Positions 45,101 to 57,212 are shown, counted from the first letter of the whole stretch. The stretch: 58,142 bases of DNA, filler included, from Sphacelaria rigidula (GCA_964200075.2; 8 parts of 8 records of this genome joined end to end with filler, not necessarily neighbours in it), one strand, 5' to 3'. The notes: a model not told the origin generated them from the letters alone. Translations and numbers: made by a program.

Positions 45101-46777
45101 AATGTATATCAAAATACGAAAATCACTCTCATTTTTATCCAACATGTATACTGTACTCCACTTGTACGTTACTGTGCTTCCCTGTACCTTGCTGTTCGCT
45201 ACTGTACTTCACTGTACTTTAACCAAGTATCCCTTCGTGATGGAAAAAACGAATACTCGTATCTACTAGGGTCACTGAGTCCTATTCCGTTGATGTTGTC
45301 GAAGCTACTCTTCTCTGCTGTTGCTTTTCCTTCGATCGTTGTTACACTACGCCGTGTTTGGTGATACTTCTCCTCTACATTTCACTACTCTCTACGTTAC
45401 ACCTAAAATCCTAAAATATTAGTCCGTAGTTTGTATATCTGCTGCTGCTTGGTGTGGGCGTCGTCACTGTTGTCCATGACGCTCAAGTGCTTCCCAGATG
45501 TGTCCTTGGTCCGTAATTCCTTGACGCTGGAAATTGACAAGCATGCTGCTTGCATTGCTCGGGGTGGTTTTGGAATGCAAACATTTTGTGGTCGTACCCT
45601 CCTCTTGTATTTCTCGCATATGTGTATCCTCATTGTCTTTGATGTACGCGGGCGGTTTTATCAATTTGCTGTTCAGGTACACTGGTGACTGACCTGATCT
45701 CCTGTCATTACTCGCCAAACGTGTCTTATTTCGAACCTGTCGCCTAGTACTGAATCTACTATTGTATTAATTCTTGATTCCCAGTGTCGTAAAAGATGAC
45801 TGCTGCTGTTGCCGCTTCTTATTGTGCCGGTGAAAATTACTATTTTGCTTGTAGATGTGTATCTCCTCTCATTTTGATTTGCTGTCTTTGACTTGATCGA
45901 TGACAACGTATTTGCACTGCTCTTCTTCTGCTTTCTACGCGAATCTTGGTCTACTTTTGCTCTCTCACTGACGAGTAAAGCTGTGCCTACGCCCATTGAT
46001 TTTCCTGATATCACGGTAGCTGTTAGCGCTGAGCTACTCGAATTACCCTCAGAGATGATTTTCATAATTATCCCCCGTACTATCCCGTTGTTTTCAACAT
46101 TCATTGGAATTTCAAAGTCTCCCAAATCCAGATGTGGATCTGCTGAAGAAAATAGTCCTCACGCACTTCTTGAGTGCTTCGCAAGGCGAGAATAAATGTT
46201 TCCCTAACTTGGGTACTCGAATGGCAGCTGAACACACAGACCTCTCATAACCATGGGTATCTATCACTATCGTGTGTATAACTCCTCTACTTGTTCTTTC
46301 TAGCAGGTGTCGTATTGCTGTTGGTATGCTCATTGGGGGACTGAACTCAACATAGTCTGACATCGCCCGCTCAATACCAGGTAGTAAATTACTGCCCGCG
46401 CGGTGGGTGCCTGCCCCTGAGTCGTTTATTACTGAAAACGAGGTTGACATGGCTACGTTTCTACTGTGATTATCTACAAGTCCTGTTTGTAGTCAAATTA
46501 TCTACCACTGGTGCCGACGATGCACCTGTATGTAGAACTTGTGCGTTTGTACATGCTGGGCCGCCTAAGAAGCGGACTTTCCTTCAGCCGGTTCTAACTG
46601 ACGATCTATCGCGACTTGTGCCTGCTATGACACATCGTGGTCATCTGCAAATCAACACACGTCTTTGACTTCACGTAGCACTGCGATCTGACAAGTTCCC
46701 ATCAAACGAAATACGAAACTGTAGTCAGCTGCGAAGTGTAGAGAGTTGAGGTTGGCATGTGCGGCGGAATTAGGGGG

Positions 46778-46897
46778 CGTACTCATTTGTTGCTTGCCTT
46801 AGTCATTTGACCATTGACCACGCATCCCTTTCGAGACGGAGCACCGTTCCTACTCCTAATAGAGACACCTCCAACATTCTGGCGCTCATTACTTTCT
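46778..46897 (-). mobile_element. 120-bp 5'-truncated C-tailed retroposon (family 1) nested in a repeat
   Basis: Matches the 3' end of 34964-35485. Perfect 14-bp TSD GCGGAATTAGGGGG at 46764-46777 and 46898-46911. Confidence 0.85.
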
Positions 46898-48206
46898 GCG
46901 GAATTAGGGGGGGGAAACGGCTGAAATCGTATTTACGATTACAGTCGGTTGTGCCGCGGCCGCAAATTGATGGTGCTGCAGAAGTTGTGCTTGTACAACA
47001 GTGCATGTCGTACTCTAGGCGCGCGGTGTCTGAGATGGCACGCAGACGAGACCTCCAGCGCAGCGCGCCAAGGCATCGCGCTTGTAGAAAACGTCAAAGT
47101 TCCGGCTGAGGTTGTTGTACTCTAAAAGCAAGTGAACCGGTTCTTGACAGAAAAACGCGATTTCACTGCTCGACTTTCGAGTCGTTTTCGATGAAATTTT
47201 GACACGATATACATGGGATATATGTGAAGCGCCTGCCGTTTCGTCCTCTTTTTTTTCTTCTCGTGTGTTATTGGTGATCTGAATTTCGGAACAGTTTCTA
47301 CTGGTGCAAAAGCATCGACAACTCATCGGAAAAAAATGTCGAGGAGGAACAATAGGGGGACTCCACAACATACCTCATGCGCTTCGTTTCAAAATTTTGT
47401 GGAAAAATACTCGAAACTGAGCAGCATAACCGCGTCTCATATTCTCGTGTCCACATAGGAACCAGTCTTCGACAAGAACACGCGATGTAGCAGCTCAATT
47501 TTTGGTCGTTTCCTATGAAATTTCGACACAACGTACAAGATATACGTGCAAAGACTCCATATTATGCCCCATACATTCATTCATTTTTCTCCGTGAGTTT
47601 TGGCGACCAAACATTTCAGAACAGTTTATTTTGGAACAATATCGTGAATAACTCCCCCAAAAAAAAAGAATGTAGGGGGCAGAAGATGCAGTTCTTGTAC
47701 ATACATTTTGTACATTGTGTACATTTTTTAAGGAAAAGGATCCAAAATCGAGCTGCTAATTCGCGTGTTCACATCCCTGTCCGCGTCTTGGGCGGCCCAG
47801 CCTGTAGGCTCTGAATACGGACTTGTGTTCAGGGTAACCATGTTCACTTGCTGATGTGGATGTTCCACGTTACTAATATTCTCGACACCACTATTGTGCT
47901 CAACGTTGCCATTATTACTCCCTGTGCCTTCACCATTCCTATTTTGACTTCTACACTCCGTGTTATCATGGCAGGCTGTCTTGTGTAAAGTACGCCTTTT
48001 TGTAGGTCTACCGATATCATTAGACTGCTGTCTAAACGTGCATTCACGTATATGATAACCCATCTTTCTACAGGAGAAATACCTCACTTGGTGTCTTGTT
48101 TTCTCCCCAGAATATTCTACAGGTGATGCTGCCATCATAGCACTATCTCTACCATGTGACTTTTCATTCGAAACACCACGCGCTATTCGGTTGACGGGCA
48201 ATGCTA

Positions 48207-48460
48207 CGGTAGGGGTCGCACTTTTTGTTTCTGGGTCTCTATTTTGTAGGAGCCCAAATATATGGGGCTTACTGTGCAACCCAAATCTTCGGGTACCAGA
48301 CTCTCAAAAATATGGTGTTTGCGCCTAGGGGTCTTTTCGAGAATCGGCATAATTTTTAGTCTTTTTCAAGCGAAAATGATGCCGATTCTCGAAATGATCC
48401 GTCCAACACCCCGAGCTACCCCGAGAAACGTTTTCGCTTAAAAAAGTGCAACCCAAGCCG
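48207..48460. mobile_element. Tc1/mariner-type MITE inside the Copia gag
   Basis: Imperfect TIR CGGTAGGGGTCGCACTTTTT / AAAAAGTGCAACCCAAGCCG with TA on both sides. Removing it restores the gag frame (RAMLALPVNRIARG). Confidence 0.75.
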
Positions 48461-51400
48461 TAGCATTGCTCTGACGTCTATATTACGCATTGTTGACTTA
48501 ATGTCCTTCAAGCTAAAATCAGGATCACGTCCAGCGTTACCCTTGATTTGTATGTAATTACCGGTTATCCCTTCTATTACCATTTCTGTGAAAAGCTCTT
48601 CCGCTACTCTTTCCCCCCATGTAAGCGAGTTCGCCTCTGACCTGATTAGCTTGTGTGAGGACGATGTCTGGGTCTTCACCTGTGACATGGTCAATTTGTC
48701 GAAGTGTCTCATTAGAAATTGTCGTTTTTGTTCAGACGGGATCTGGTATTTTGCTATCAATCCGTCCCATGTTTTTTCACCATCGTGTGTAGCAGAACCC
48801 TGTGGTTCGAACCTTAGCAGATAACTGTTATATGAAACAGCACTTCATTATTGCGATCGAAATCAGCTACTTCTTGTGCGTTACTGACTACTCTTACATG
48901 GATGTCAGGACTGTCTACTCCAACTTTGGAGTCCAGACTTGATGACATAGCAACTTCCTCTGTCGACGTCTCCTCTGAAGATGTTTCTATTTCTGCTCCC
49001 GTTGGAAGGCTTCTAGAACGTGTAGCTGTAGGGCTTACCCTCGACGTACTTCTAGCGTTGAGCTGCAGAATTTCTGCATCCTGCCGCTGCCTAACTTCAT
49101 AAATTTCTTCGGGACGATCTCTGCCGTTAATCATTTCTGAAATGCCCGGATGTATTAATGAAACTACTGCCCGAACGGACCGTTTCCACTCGAGGAAACA
49201 TGTCCCGTTAAACTTACTGAGACTCCTCATGACTTCAGTAACGGAGGGTTAAGTTAACCTTCTCTGGGAATTCCGTTGCTGCATCCTTTTTCAAACCGCA
49301 AGTGAATGGCGATACTTCTTTCTTGTAAATAGTCTAACACGACCACATGGAGCAGTTGACATGTACTCCCCCCGCAAAAAAAACGTGCCTGAGCCCCAGG
49401 ATGGGGTCTCATCGACGTGGCCAGTCTTAGACTTCAATGACACGTTCACATCAAAATGTGTGCTGTATGCTCCCGTCCCCCGCCCAAGCACATCAGCTAC
49501 CGCCGCTGCCCTCCACCGACTATTACCCGCGCTCAAGGGACGCTTGGGAGGCCACCCACTGGAGGGTCGGTGACCCTTTGTACGGTCAGTGAAATCCTTG
49601 CATACCACCCTTGAAGACATTATGTGTGGAAGAACAAACCAGTTCACGAAAGAGCTGCGTGACTCATATTAAAGACCATGCAGCAGTTGCACATCACGAG
49701 TGCTTAGGACGCCTGAACCCCTTAGACGCGAAGGCGGCCATGCTTCATCGGTTGACTTGGCATCTGTTTTTACGCTGTTGGAAGAGGGATTGTTTCAGCT
49801 ACCCGAACTGATCAATTTGCCCGCTGCCAACGAGTTGATTGAACGAGCTCGCTCGAACTATTGTATACCGCCGACCACAGCCCCATATATGGCGTTGATG
49901 GTATACTGGTGCTGCCCGATGTCGACGTGGTTCTCCCATCGGTATGGGGTGGCAGCTGTCCTGGGGAAGGCTTTGCTGTTGCGTGTTATTGTTCTACGTG
50001 ACCATGCGTTTCTCGTCGTCGTTGCTGCTGTTGCTGATGTTACTGCTGCTGATGATGATGATGACTCTAACTCATAAAGGTACATCGGCGAAGCGGCCGA
50101 AGGTTTGGACCATATGCCTCAGCACAACATAGTGCATGTGGACGTGGAGGCAGCTAACGTGTTCATAGCGGTGCTTCCTGATGGATTGAAGTGCGCCCAA
50201 GGTTGCCGACTTGGGGCTGGCGCTGCGTGAGTTCAAGCCAGCGTAGTGTACTACATACTGCGTAGAAACAGTATGTGTAGGAACGTATTGACACTAACGA
50301 GGCGTGCGGGTCGAGTGGGAAAAAACAGGCCAACGTCTCTGCAAACTACGCGCAAGAAATACTGAATGGAACGAGTGTATAAAAAAGAGGCCGTCTTGCG
50401 TGAAACCAGAGTCATTCAAGGCATCTGATAAACTAGAAGCGATGGAATTTTAGTCAACCTACAGCTAGTATAAACACCGAATAGCGGGGTTTTTCACAAT
50501 GCTTGTAGCAGTAAGAAAAGCAGAGCACATTTTTCGGTGAAAAAACGATTTTCACCGCGATTTTCTCAGTGAACAGGATCCTGAAGCTTGAGCAAAGCCT
50601 ACCCCTCAAAATATCTCTACGAAACGTGCACCACACCAGAAACCAATGGCGGAATAGATTGAGTGTCCCCGCATGTAGCAATCAACGGGAGTACAGAACA
50701 TCGAGGATGAACACGCCACCGCTGAACCAACCGCATGTTAGGAGCTGTTGGCGTCTCGCTTCTGTCGTTGATGCGACCTGCAAGCCAGCCTCCCTCCCCC
50801 CCCCCCCTCCCGCTTTGCTGGTTCGGCGAGAACCCGGCGTGCTCCGTCCCGGCTTTGTAGGGNNNNNNNNNNNNNNNNNNNNNNNNNNNNNNNNNNNNNN
50901 NNNNNNTTAATTAATTAANNNNNNNNNNNNNNNNNNNNNNNNNNNNNNNNNNNNNNNNNNNNGGTATGTCTGATCAATGCTACCACGACTAAGACAACCA
51001 ACAACTGAGTACGCCCCCCCCGTCTCCCCCGTCTCCCCCTCGACCCCCCGTTCTTCAGATACTATTCTCAAGCGCCGTTTTTTTGTCCCAGCCTACACAC
51101 AATACATACATTCGGCAAGATGCACCCTCTCCATAACAAACGGCACGCTTTTTCGATCGTGTGACATTGACCTATAGCAGAGCAAGTCAAAACAGCCAGA
51201 CCACGGTGAATATTTATCCTCCGTCTCACTTTATGCCCCTTTCCCCCTTCCTCCTCCTTTGGGACGAGTCTTCGGTCTCGAGGGCGTATCGACCCGTCTC
51301 TTCGGCCGTACTATACGCACACGCTTTGCATTTTGGTATCTATTTGCGGATTATATGAGCACGCCGGCTCCGCGTCCGTTGACTCTCGTCAAATGGCGTC

Positions 51401-51518
51401 CGGTGATGGCCCAATTGGTATCCGTCAGGAATCGAACCGGGGCCCGCGTCATTATTCACACTTGCTTTCTCCTGCTCCGTCATATTCCATTGTCTTGCTG
51501 GCTTGATCACTTTCCCAG

Positions 51519-51677
51519 GCGTGCGGGCTCTTTACAAAGGATTGACGATGCCGTTAAGCGGCCAGCTGGTATTCAAATCTGTAATTTTTTCCACCAATGG
51601 CTACGCCAATAGATATCTGGCGAAACGAGGGATGGACGGGACGGCTGCCGGCACGCTAGCCTGCGGCGCTTTGAGCG
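51519..51677 (+). CDS. Single internal exon of a mitochondrial carrier (SLC25) family gene
   Basis: The AG/GT-bounded exon encodes GVRALYKGLTMPLSGQLVFKSVIFSTNG...LACGALS. This is the GxxxLYKG end of a carrier repeat, resembling carnitine/ornithine carriers. No other exons were found. Confidence 0.72.
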
Positions 51678-51835
51678 GTAAGGATGGGGAGATATATTCG
51701 TGTTTTGTTTTTTTCACCGCTTTTTCCTTTTACTTTTCTTGTTTTACTAGTTGGGCAGCCGCCGACGTTTTTTCTTTTCTGGCATTCACCCACTACGGCA
51801 GTATGATACCGTCGGTTTCCCCGTAATATGTGCGT

Positions 51836-51965
51836 TTAATTTGATTTGATGTGAGTCGATTTGATGTGAGTCGATTTGATGTGATGTGAACTGATTTTGT
51901 TTTATTTTGTTTTATTTTATTCTACGTGGTTTAATTTGATGTGATTAATTTGATGTGATTGATTT
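51836..51965. repeat. Degenerate tandem repeat (ATTTGATGTG)n and (TTTTG/TTTTA)n
   Basis: Directly visible short-period repeats. Confidence 0.8.
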
Positions 51966-51971
51966 GGGTTA

Positions 51972-52449
51972 GACCGCTCCTTTCAGTCTGAAAACGGACT
52001 ATCTGAGAACTGCCCTTTTTTGGCCTTTTATCTTGTTTTTTTGGTGGAATACAGGCCTTGGCGGATTTGCTCCCCTCGGGAAGCTTTGCTATATTTTTTC
52101 ACGAGGATTCTAGCACACTTTTCCGATTTTTCGTACGCCCAGTTTTACTCTTAACCAGATTCTGGATTTTTCAAGTCGACGCGAAAATCGTCCAGTTGTC
52201 GGAAAAAATACGTATTTTTCCCGACAACTCGAAGGTTTTTGGGGCGACTGAAAAAATCGAGAATCCGACCGAGAGCAAAATTCGGCATATGACAAATCGA
52301 AAAATTGTGCTAGAATCCTCGTGAAAAACATAGCAAAGCTTCCCGAGGAGGCCAAATCCGCCAAGGCCTGTATTCCGCCAAAAATCGCGATAAAAGGCTC
52401 AAAAATGGCATTTCTCAGAGAGTCCGTTTCCAGACTAGAAGAAGCGGCC
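51972..52449. mobile_element. Fully palindromic PIF/Harbinger-like MITE (478 bp)
   Basis: The arms pair up to the central AAAAATACGTATTTTT. Ends are GACCGCTCC / GAAGCGGCC, with a TTA duplication at 51969-51971 and 52450-52452. Confidence 0.85.
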
Positions 52450-52819
52450 TTAGTTGGTTCGTTGCCACCCCTTAACCGATCCTCGAGGGATGCAGCCGTT
52501 ATGGCAACATTAGACGGAGTCACTTTTCGAATCTTCATTCGCATTTGTGGTCACGACTGGATTCCTAGGGGAGCGCGGTCAGTGCGCGACGAGAAATTAA
52601 TCATCCAAGTGAAGAAACACACCACCCATCAGCCAGTCTATCAAATCACAACCGTAGCCTGTACAGTGTGTCTTGTCTTGCCTACCACCACTTTTTGCGC
52701 TCCCCAATGGAAACCGCTTGAGCCTTCGTGTTATACTCCAATACATTTTGGTAGTTTGTCAAAGTCGCTATAAGTACAGCTTGCTGAAATTATTCCGAGA
52801 AATCGCCATCGCATAGCAG

Positions 52820-53154
52820 CTTTTTTTTTTTTGCTTCCAACCCCTCCCCTTCCTGGGAACGAGCCCGTGGTTTTAAGGAACCAACGCGCTCATCTCCCAC
52901 GGGTACACGCCTTGCATTTTGGTCTCGCGGTTTGGTTGAATCAGCAGTACCGCCCCGCGTCAACTGTCGTCAAATATCAAATATACTCCGTTGGACTCTT
53001 TTTGTCTACCCACGTACGTCTACCCGCGTTCTCTGACTTTCAATGGCGGAAATCAGATGCTCGTACTTCGGACGACAAAAACCCAAACCCGCATTCTCGC
53101 CCATACTACGAGGTAATGGTGTCAGGTAGGCCATGACACCACCCACCGGGGCGC
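52820..53154 (-). mobile_element. SINE family B copy
   Basis: Reverse-strand similarity to 4447-4752, with a T-run tail at 52820-52832 and the head GCGCCCCGGTGG at 53154. Confidence 0.65.
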
Positions 53155-53165
53155 AAAAACGTAGT

Positions 53166-53237
53166 AGCGCCCAGACGGATTTGAACCATCGACCTGCTGA
53201 GCTGCAATCAGCCGCTCTACCCCTGAGCTATAAGCGC
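53166..53237 (-). tRNA. tRNA-Cys (GCA), gene or recent pseudogene
   Basis: 72-nt cloverleaf GCGCTTA TA GCTC AGGGGTA GAGC G GCTGA TTGCAGC TCAGC AGGTC GATGG TTCAAAT CCGTC TGGGCGC T. It has the U73 discriminator and a TTTTT terminator 6 nt downstream. Confidence 0.75.
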
Positions 53238-53733
53238 CGCTGGTGGTGCGCCAGGCCATTCAGTTTTTGAAATCGTGAAGTGGTCAAACTTTTCATGATG
53301 GGGGTTGCATGCGCGCGGCGCACTCTTGGCGGTGAGGGATAGATGCCAATGCGTGTAGAATAGTGGATCCGCCATGCGAGAGCGTCGTGACGAAAGACGC
53401 CCCCCCCTCCCCCCCCATGGTCTTATAGACTATGGCATGCATGATCATGAGTACACCCCTCCCCCCCGGAACCTAGCTATTTATTATATCTGGACGTGAT
53501 CGCGGATGTTAAATGTCGCCGATTGTAATTCCTCATGTACTTGTTGTCACTTTTATGGCAAAGGTCCAAAGTACCGGCCTTTACTTATTATTTTCTCGAA
53601 CGATACTCCCGTCTTATCGGATGCTGCTTTTTGGCGGATCCTCATTCTTCGTTACATGTGTCATCTTCCACTTTTTGAGACCGCGAGGAGTCAGTCCATC
53701 GTGATGTTGCTCGGCGAAGTAGTCAAATATATA

Positions 53734-56351
53734 CTCCCTCCGTTCCGTAATATAAGCTGGATAAGAATTTCCCGAATAGAAGCGTGGTCTGTCGTTCAAG
53801 GTGCTACACAAGGTGTTTTAGCACCAGTTTTTCTCATCATGCTCCCATCTGTAGTACGATTGAAGAAATCGCTTAAAACAGGGGATGGTAAGTTTTCATC
53901 TCCTCCCCTGGAAAAATGTTTCTTTGGGCGGGTTTTCCAAGATGTGACCAACAAGCCCGCTCCTTATGACGGACAAGAATAAAATTCTGGAAAAGTGCCT
54001 TTTTGGAGCTTTTACGTCCTTATACGCCCCGAGAGCTAGGCGAAGTTCGACACCTTGGAATGACTTGCTCTACTAGTTGAGGCGGTTCCAGGACACCTTC
54101 CCGTTTTCCGGTGGCCGCAGTTTTTATTTTGGCCGAAACAAGAGTTTTTGCCCCAAAACGGTCAAGTCCAGAGAAAAGTGGCGATTTGTTCTGGATTCGA
54201 CTGTTTTTTACTGTTGTTGGACAAAAGTTCTTGTTTGACCAAAATGAAAACTGCGGCCACCGGAAAACGGGAAGATGTCCTGGGACCGCCTCGATAAGCA
54301 GAGCAAGTAATTCCCAGGTGAGATACTCAACCAAGCTCTCTTATGTGGCGTAAAACGATGTAAAAGCACCAAAAAGTCACTTTTTCAGATCTTTTTTTGT
54401 CCTCATGAGGAGCGGCCTAAGGAAAACCGGGGTGTCGTTTTTTCTCTCGTGCGTAATGAGCAAAAGCTTTTCTTTCCAATTTTTTTTTGGTGGGATTTTG
54501 GGTATATAGGGCGTATTGCAGACCGACACTTTGAGAAAAAAAACATATCTCCTTTTGACTGGAGGGAAAAATACAGGGTGCCAAAAATGAAAACTTCAAA
54601 CAGAAAAATCAGCACGAGGGAAGAAAAAGTTAAACAAAAAAAATGCATAATTCGAAGAAAATGATATGTCTACAGACTGGTTCACGCTTATTATTATTAG
54701 TATTATTATTATTATTTCCGCACATTAGTCCGATCTNNNNNNNNNNCGTCCTTGCTATTCCTTACCAGACACATTACCAAAATAAAGAAAAAAAAATAAG
54801 AAGAGCGACGCCACGAAAACCGCTCATCACCCAAAATTAGGTCATCAGCAAATGCGTCTCGCAATACCTACCCAACAGTCGCATACATGATATCATACTG
54901 ACCGCCATGGACAGCTGAAGAGCGAGACATAGCCAGATTTGTGTTTAAGGCCATAGTGGTAGCGCTAAGGGCGAAAAGGTATATCGACCAATCAGCGCCC
55001 GTCAAATTGTTCCGAGATCGAAATCACGAATTCCAAGCCCAATTTTTACCCAATCTCCACATGCTTCAAATCGTTGTAACCGTCATCGGCTCGGGAATCT
55101 AATTAAAAAAGCACAATTTGAAAAAGGTTACTACTTGAATCGAATTATACCCCAAACCGTGATGTTTCGGTGATGTCGGGTATTGGCGTCGTCTAATTTC
55201 CACCCATGATACGCACGAAAGACCCAGGGAGCCTCGTGACGGTGTCCCCTATATCTGTTGTAGAAAAACTCAGATTGCCCTCAAATTTGGCAGTTCCGTA
55301 GGAATCGATGCTCCAAATGGAAAAACTTTATTCTTGACAACATTTCAAAGTTTCTCCGTTCTCTACCGGCTTCCGGGGGTCCCAGTATGAAGATCCCCGG
55401 AAGGCGGTACAGAATGCCCTAAAAGAAAATTAATAAAATGGTGCGTCCCGGGATAGTTCAAGGAACACATGTACAAAGTTTGGTGGAGAAAATCGAAAAG
55501 TTCATACCGTTTTTCATGCCATGACGTAGAATTCACCCCAAAAGACGTTTTCATACTAAAGCCAAGTAGTTAGGAGTTGCACGTTTCAAGCCCACGTCCT
55601 CCACAAACGCGCAAAGCTTCACGCCGTTATTAGGAGTTAGATCCTGAAACATTGCATAAATATGCTGTGTTTCACTACGCAACTCTCACTGGACGATGTT
55701 TTTTTTCCTTCTTGATTTTATCACCGTTTTCCGGTGGTCCAACGGGATCGAAGTCGTTTTTCGAAGTAGTCTGCATTCTGGGACCCCGCAAAACCGGCAC
55801 TACGATTTTGTTCTCCATTTTTTCGTGGACGAACCGTCGCCGCATAAGCCAAGAAAGGGCCCCACAAAATTTCGTCGCAAAAATCGATCAACTGATGCTT
55901 CAATTTTTATGTTCACGTCAAAGAAGACCCAAAAACGCCGTTTTCGTACTAAAATCAAGTAGTTTGCGGTTTCACCGCGGCACGTCAAAGGTTCAGTACG
56001 TAACTTTGCATGAACGAGGTTTTTTTGTTTCTTTCCCTTCACCGTTTTACGGGGGTGCGATTGGATCGATGTTTTCCCGAAAAATTGGGACCCCCGAAAA
56101 ACTGTGAAACAAATCAAAAGTCGAAAAACCTCGACCTTCGAAAGTTGCGTAATGCCCCATAGAACATATATGCGCAATTTCAGGGTCTAACTCCTTGAAG
56201 CGGCATGAGGTTTTGCCGATGAGTGTTTTTTGGGTGATATGCCTGAACCAGCCTGTAAAGTGGGAATCGAACTCTTCACCTTTAATGAACGTCGTTAAGC
56301 TCACTTTTTTTTTTCAAGTCTGACCACGCTTATATTACGGAACGGAGGGAG
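53734..56351. mobile_element. Non-autonomous Tc1/mariner (Stowaway-like) element, 2.6 kb
   Basis: Perfect 24-bp TIR CTCCCTCCGTTCCGTAATATAAGC (53734-53757 and 56328-56351) with TA on both sides. No transposase ORF. One 11-N gap lies inside. Confidence 0.85.
53955..54417. mobile_element. Second palindromic Harbinger-like MITE (463 bp), nested
   Basis: Inverted arms such as CCCGTTTTCCGGTGGCCGCAGTTTT / AAAACTGCGGCCACCGGAAAACGGG. Ends are GCCCGCTCC / GGAGCGGCC, with flanks CAA / TAA. Confidence 0.8.
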
Positions 56352-56364
56352 TATACATATATGT

Positions 56365-56730
56365 TTAGCAGAAGAAAACACGCCTTCCTAAACGCATCAT
56401 GAACGGATGGTTAACCGCACGAGGGCCCAAGGAGGCTGGCCGCCCCCCCAAGAGATGGGAGGAAAACCTCCAGGAACGCCTACGTGCACCAGAGGCTGTT
56501 CCGCACAAGGGAGCACGACGGAAATGGTTTGTTCACGGTGTAGAGGTTAACGGTGAAAACGATTGAGTCACTGCGGCGAAGAACATGGGCAAATAGCATA
56601 TTGGAGTCGAAAAAGGAGCAGAAGAGTTTGAGGAGATCTGGCGACGCGAGGACAAATGAGAGTCGCACCGGCGTCACAAACGAGCCGCTGCTGCATCGAG
56701 TGTGGATACTTTTGACGTCGCTACTCATAT
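56365..56730 (+). mobile_element. Truncated RTE-type LINE 3' coding fragment
   Basis: Similar to about 16370-16720 (-): RLPKRIMNG...GRPP...AKNMGK.HIGVEKGA. Confidence 0.75.
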
Positions 56731-56889
56731 CGATTGGGACCGATACGAGCAGATGGGATCCTCGGCCTTTCATTTTTCACGACTGGGTATGAGTGTGGTT
56801 CTGCGCAAGAACGTTTCCGCCGAAGCAATGTGGCGGAGGCTGGCTACTTTTTATTCATGTCCTTTCTTTTTATGTCGGAGTCTACTTCT

Positions 56890-57212
56890 TTTTTTTCCCT
56901 CACGCTTTGGACCCCTCCCCTCCCTCGGGATGAGTCCGTGGTCTCAAGGGACCAACCCATCTCTCCCCCGGTACGTGCCTTTCATTTTGGTCTCGCGGAT
57001 TGGGTCAGCATTCCCGCACCGCGTCAACTCCCGTCACACAAACCCAGTCGACTACTTTTTTTACCCAGTCGACTACTTTTGTTTTCTCAAGTTCTCACGC
57101 TTTCCACGATGGAAATAATATATTACGAAGAAAAAAACAAACGCATCGGGAATCGAACCTCCGTTATCTTCACCCTAATGGCGACAGTCGGCCGATTACA
57201 CCACCGGGGCGC
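56890..57212 (-). mobile_element. SINE family B copy
   Basis: Reverse-strand similarity to 4447-4752, with B-box GGTTCGATTCCC and a T-run tail at about 56890. Confidence 0.7.

Larger units (their letters stand above)
45403..49230 (-). mobile_element. Decayed, internally deleted Ty1/copia retrotransposon with nested insertions
   Basis: gag (MRSLSKFNGTCFLEWKR; RDPDFSLKDIKSTMRNI), decayed zinc knuckle (YFSCRKMGYHIREC), protease (VINDSGAGTH, about 46430), VPKLGKHLFS, and an RNase H-like end (KLRTNILGF* at 45403). No RT core seen. Confidence 0.75.

Noticed and set aside
51836-51965. CRISPR-like repeat array
   Set aside because: It is a simple degenerate minisatellite with no unique spacers, in a eukaryotic context.
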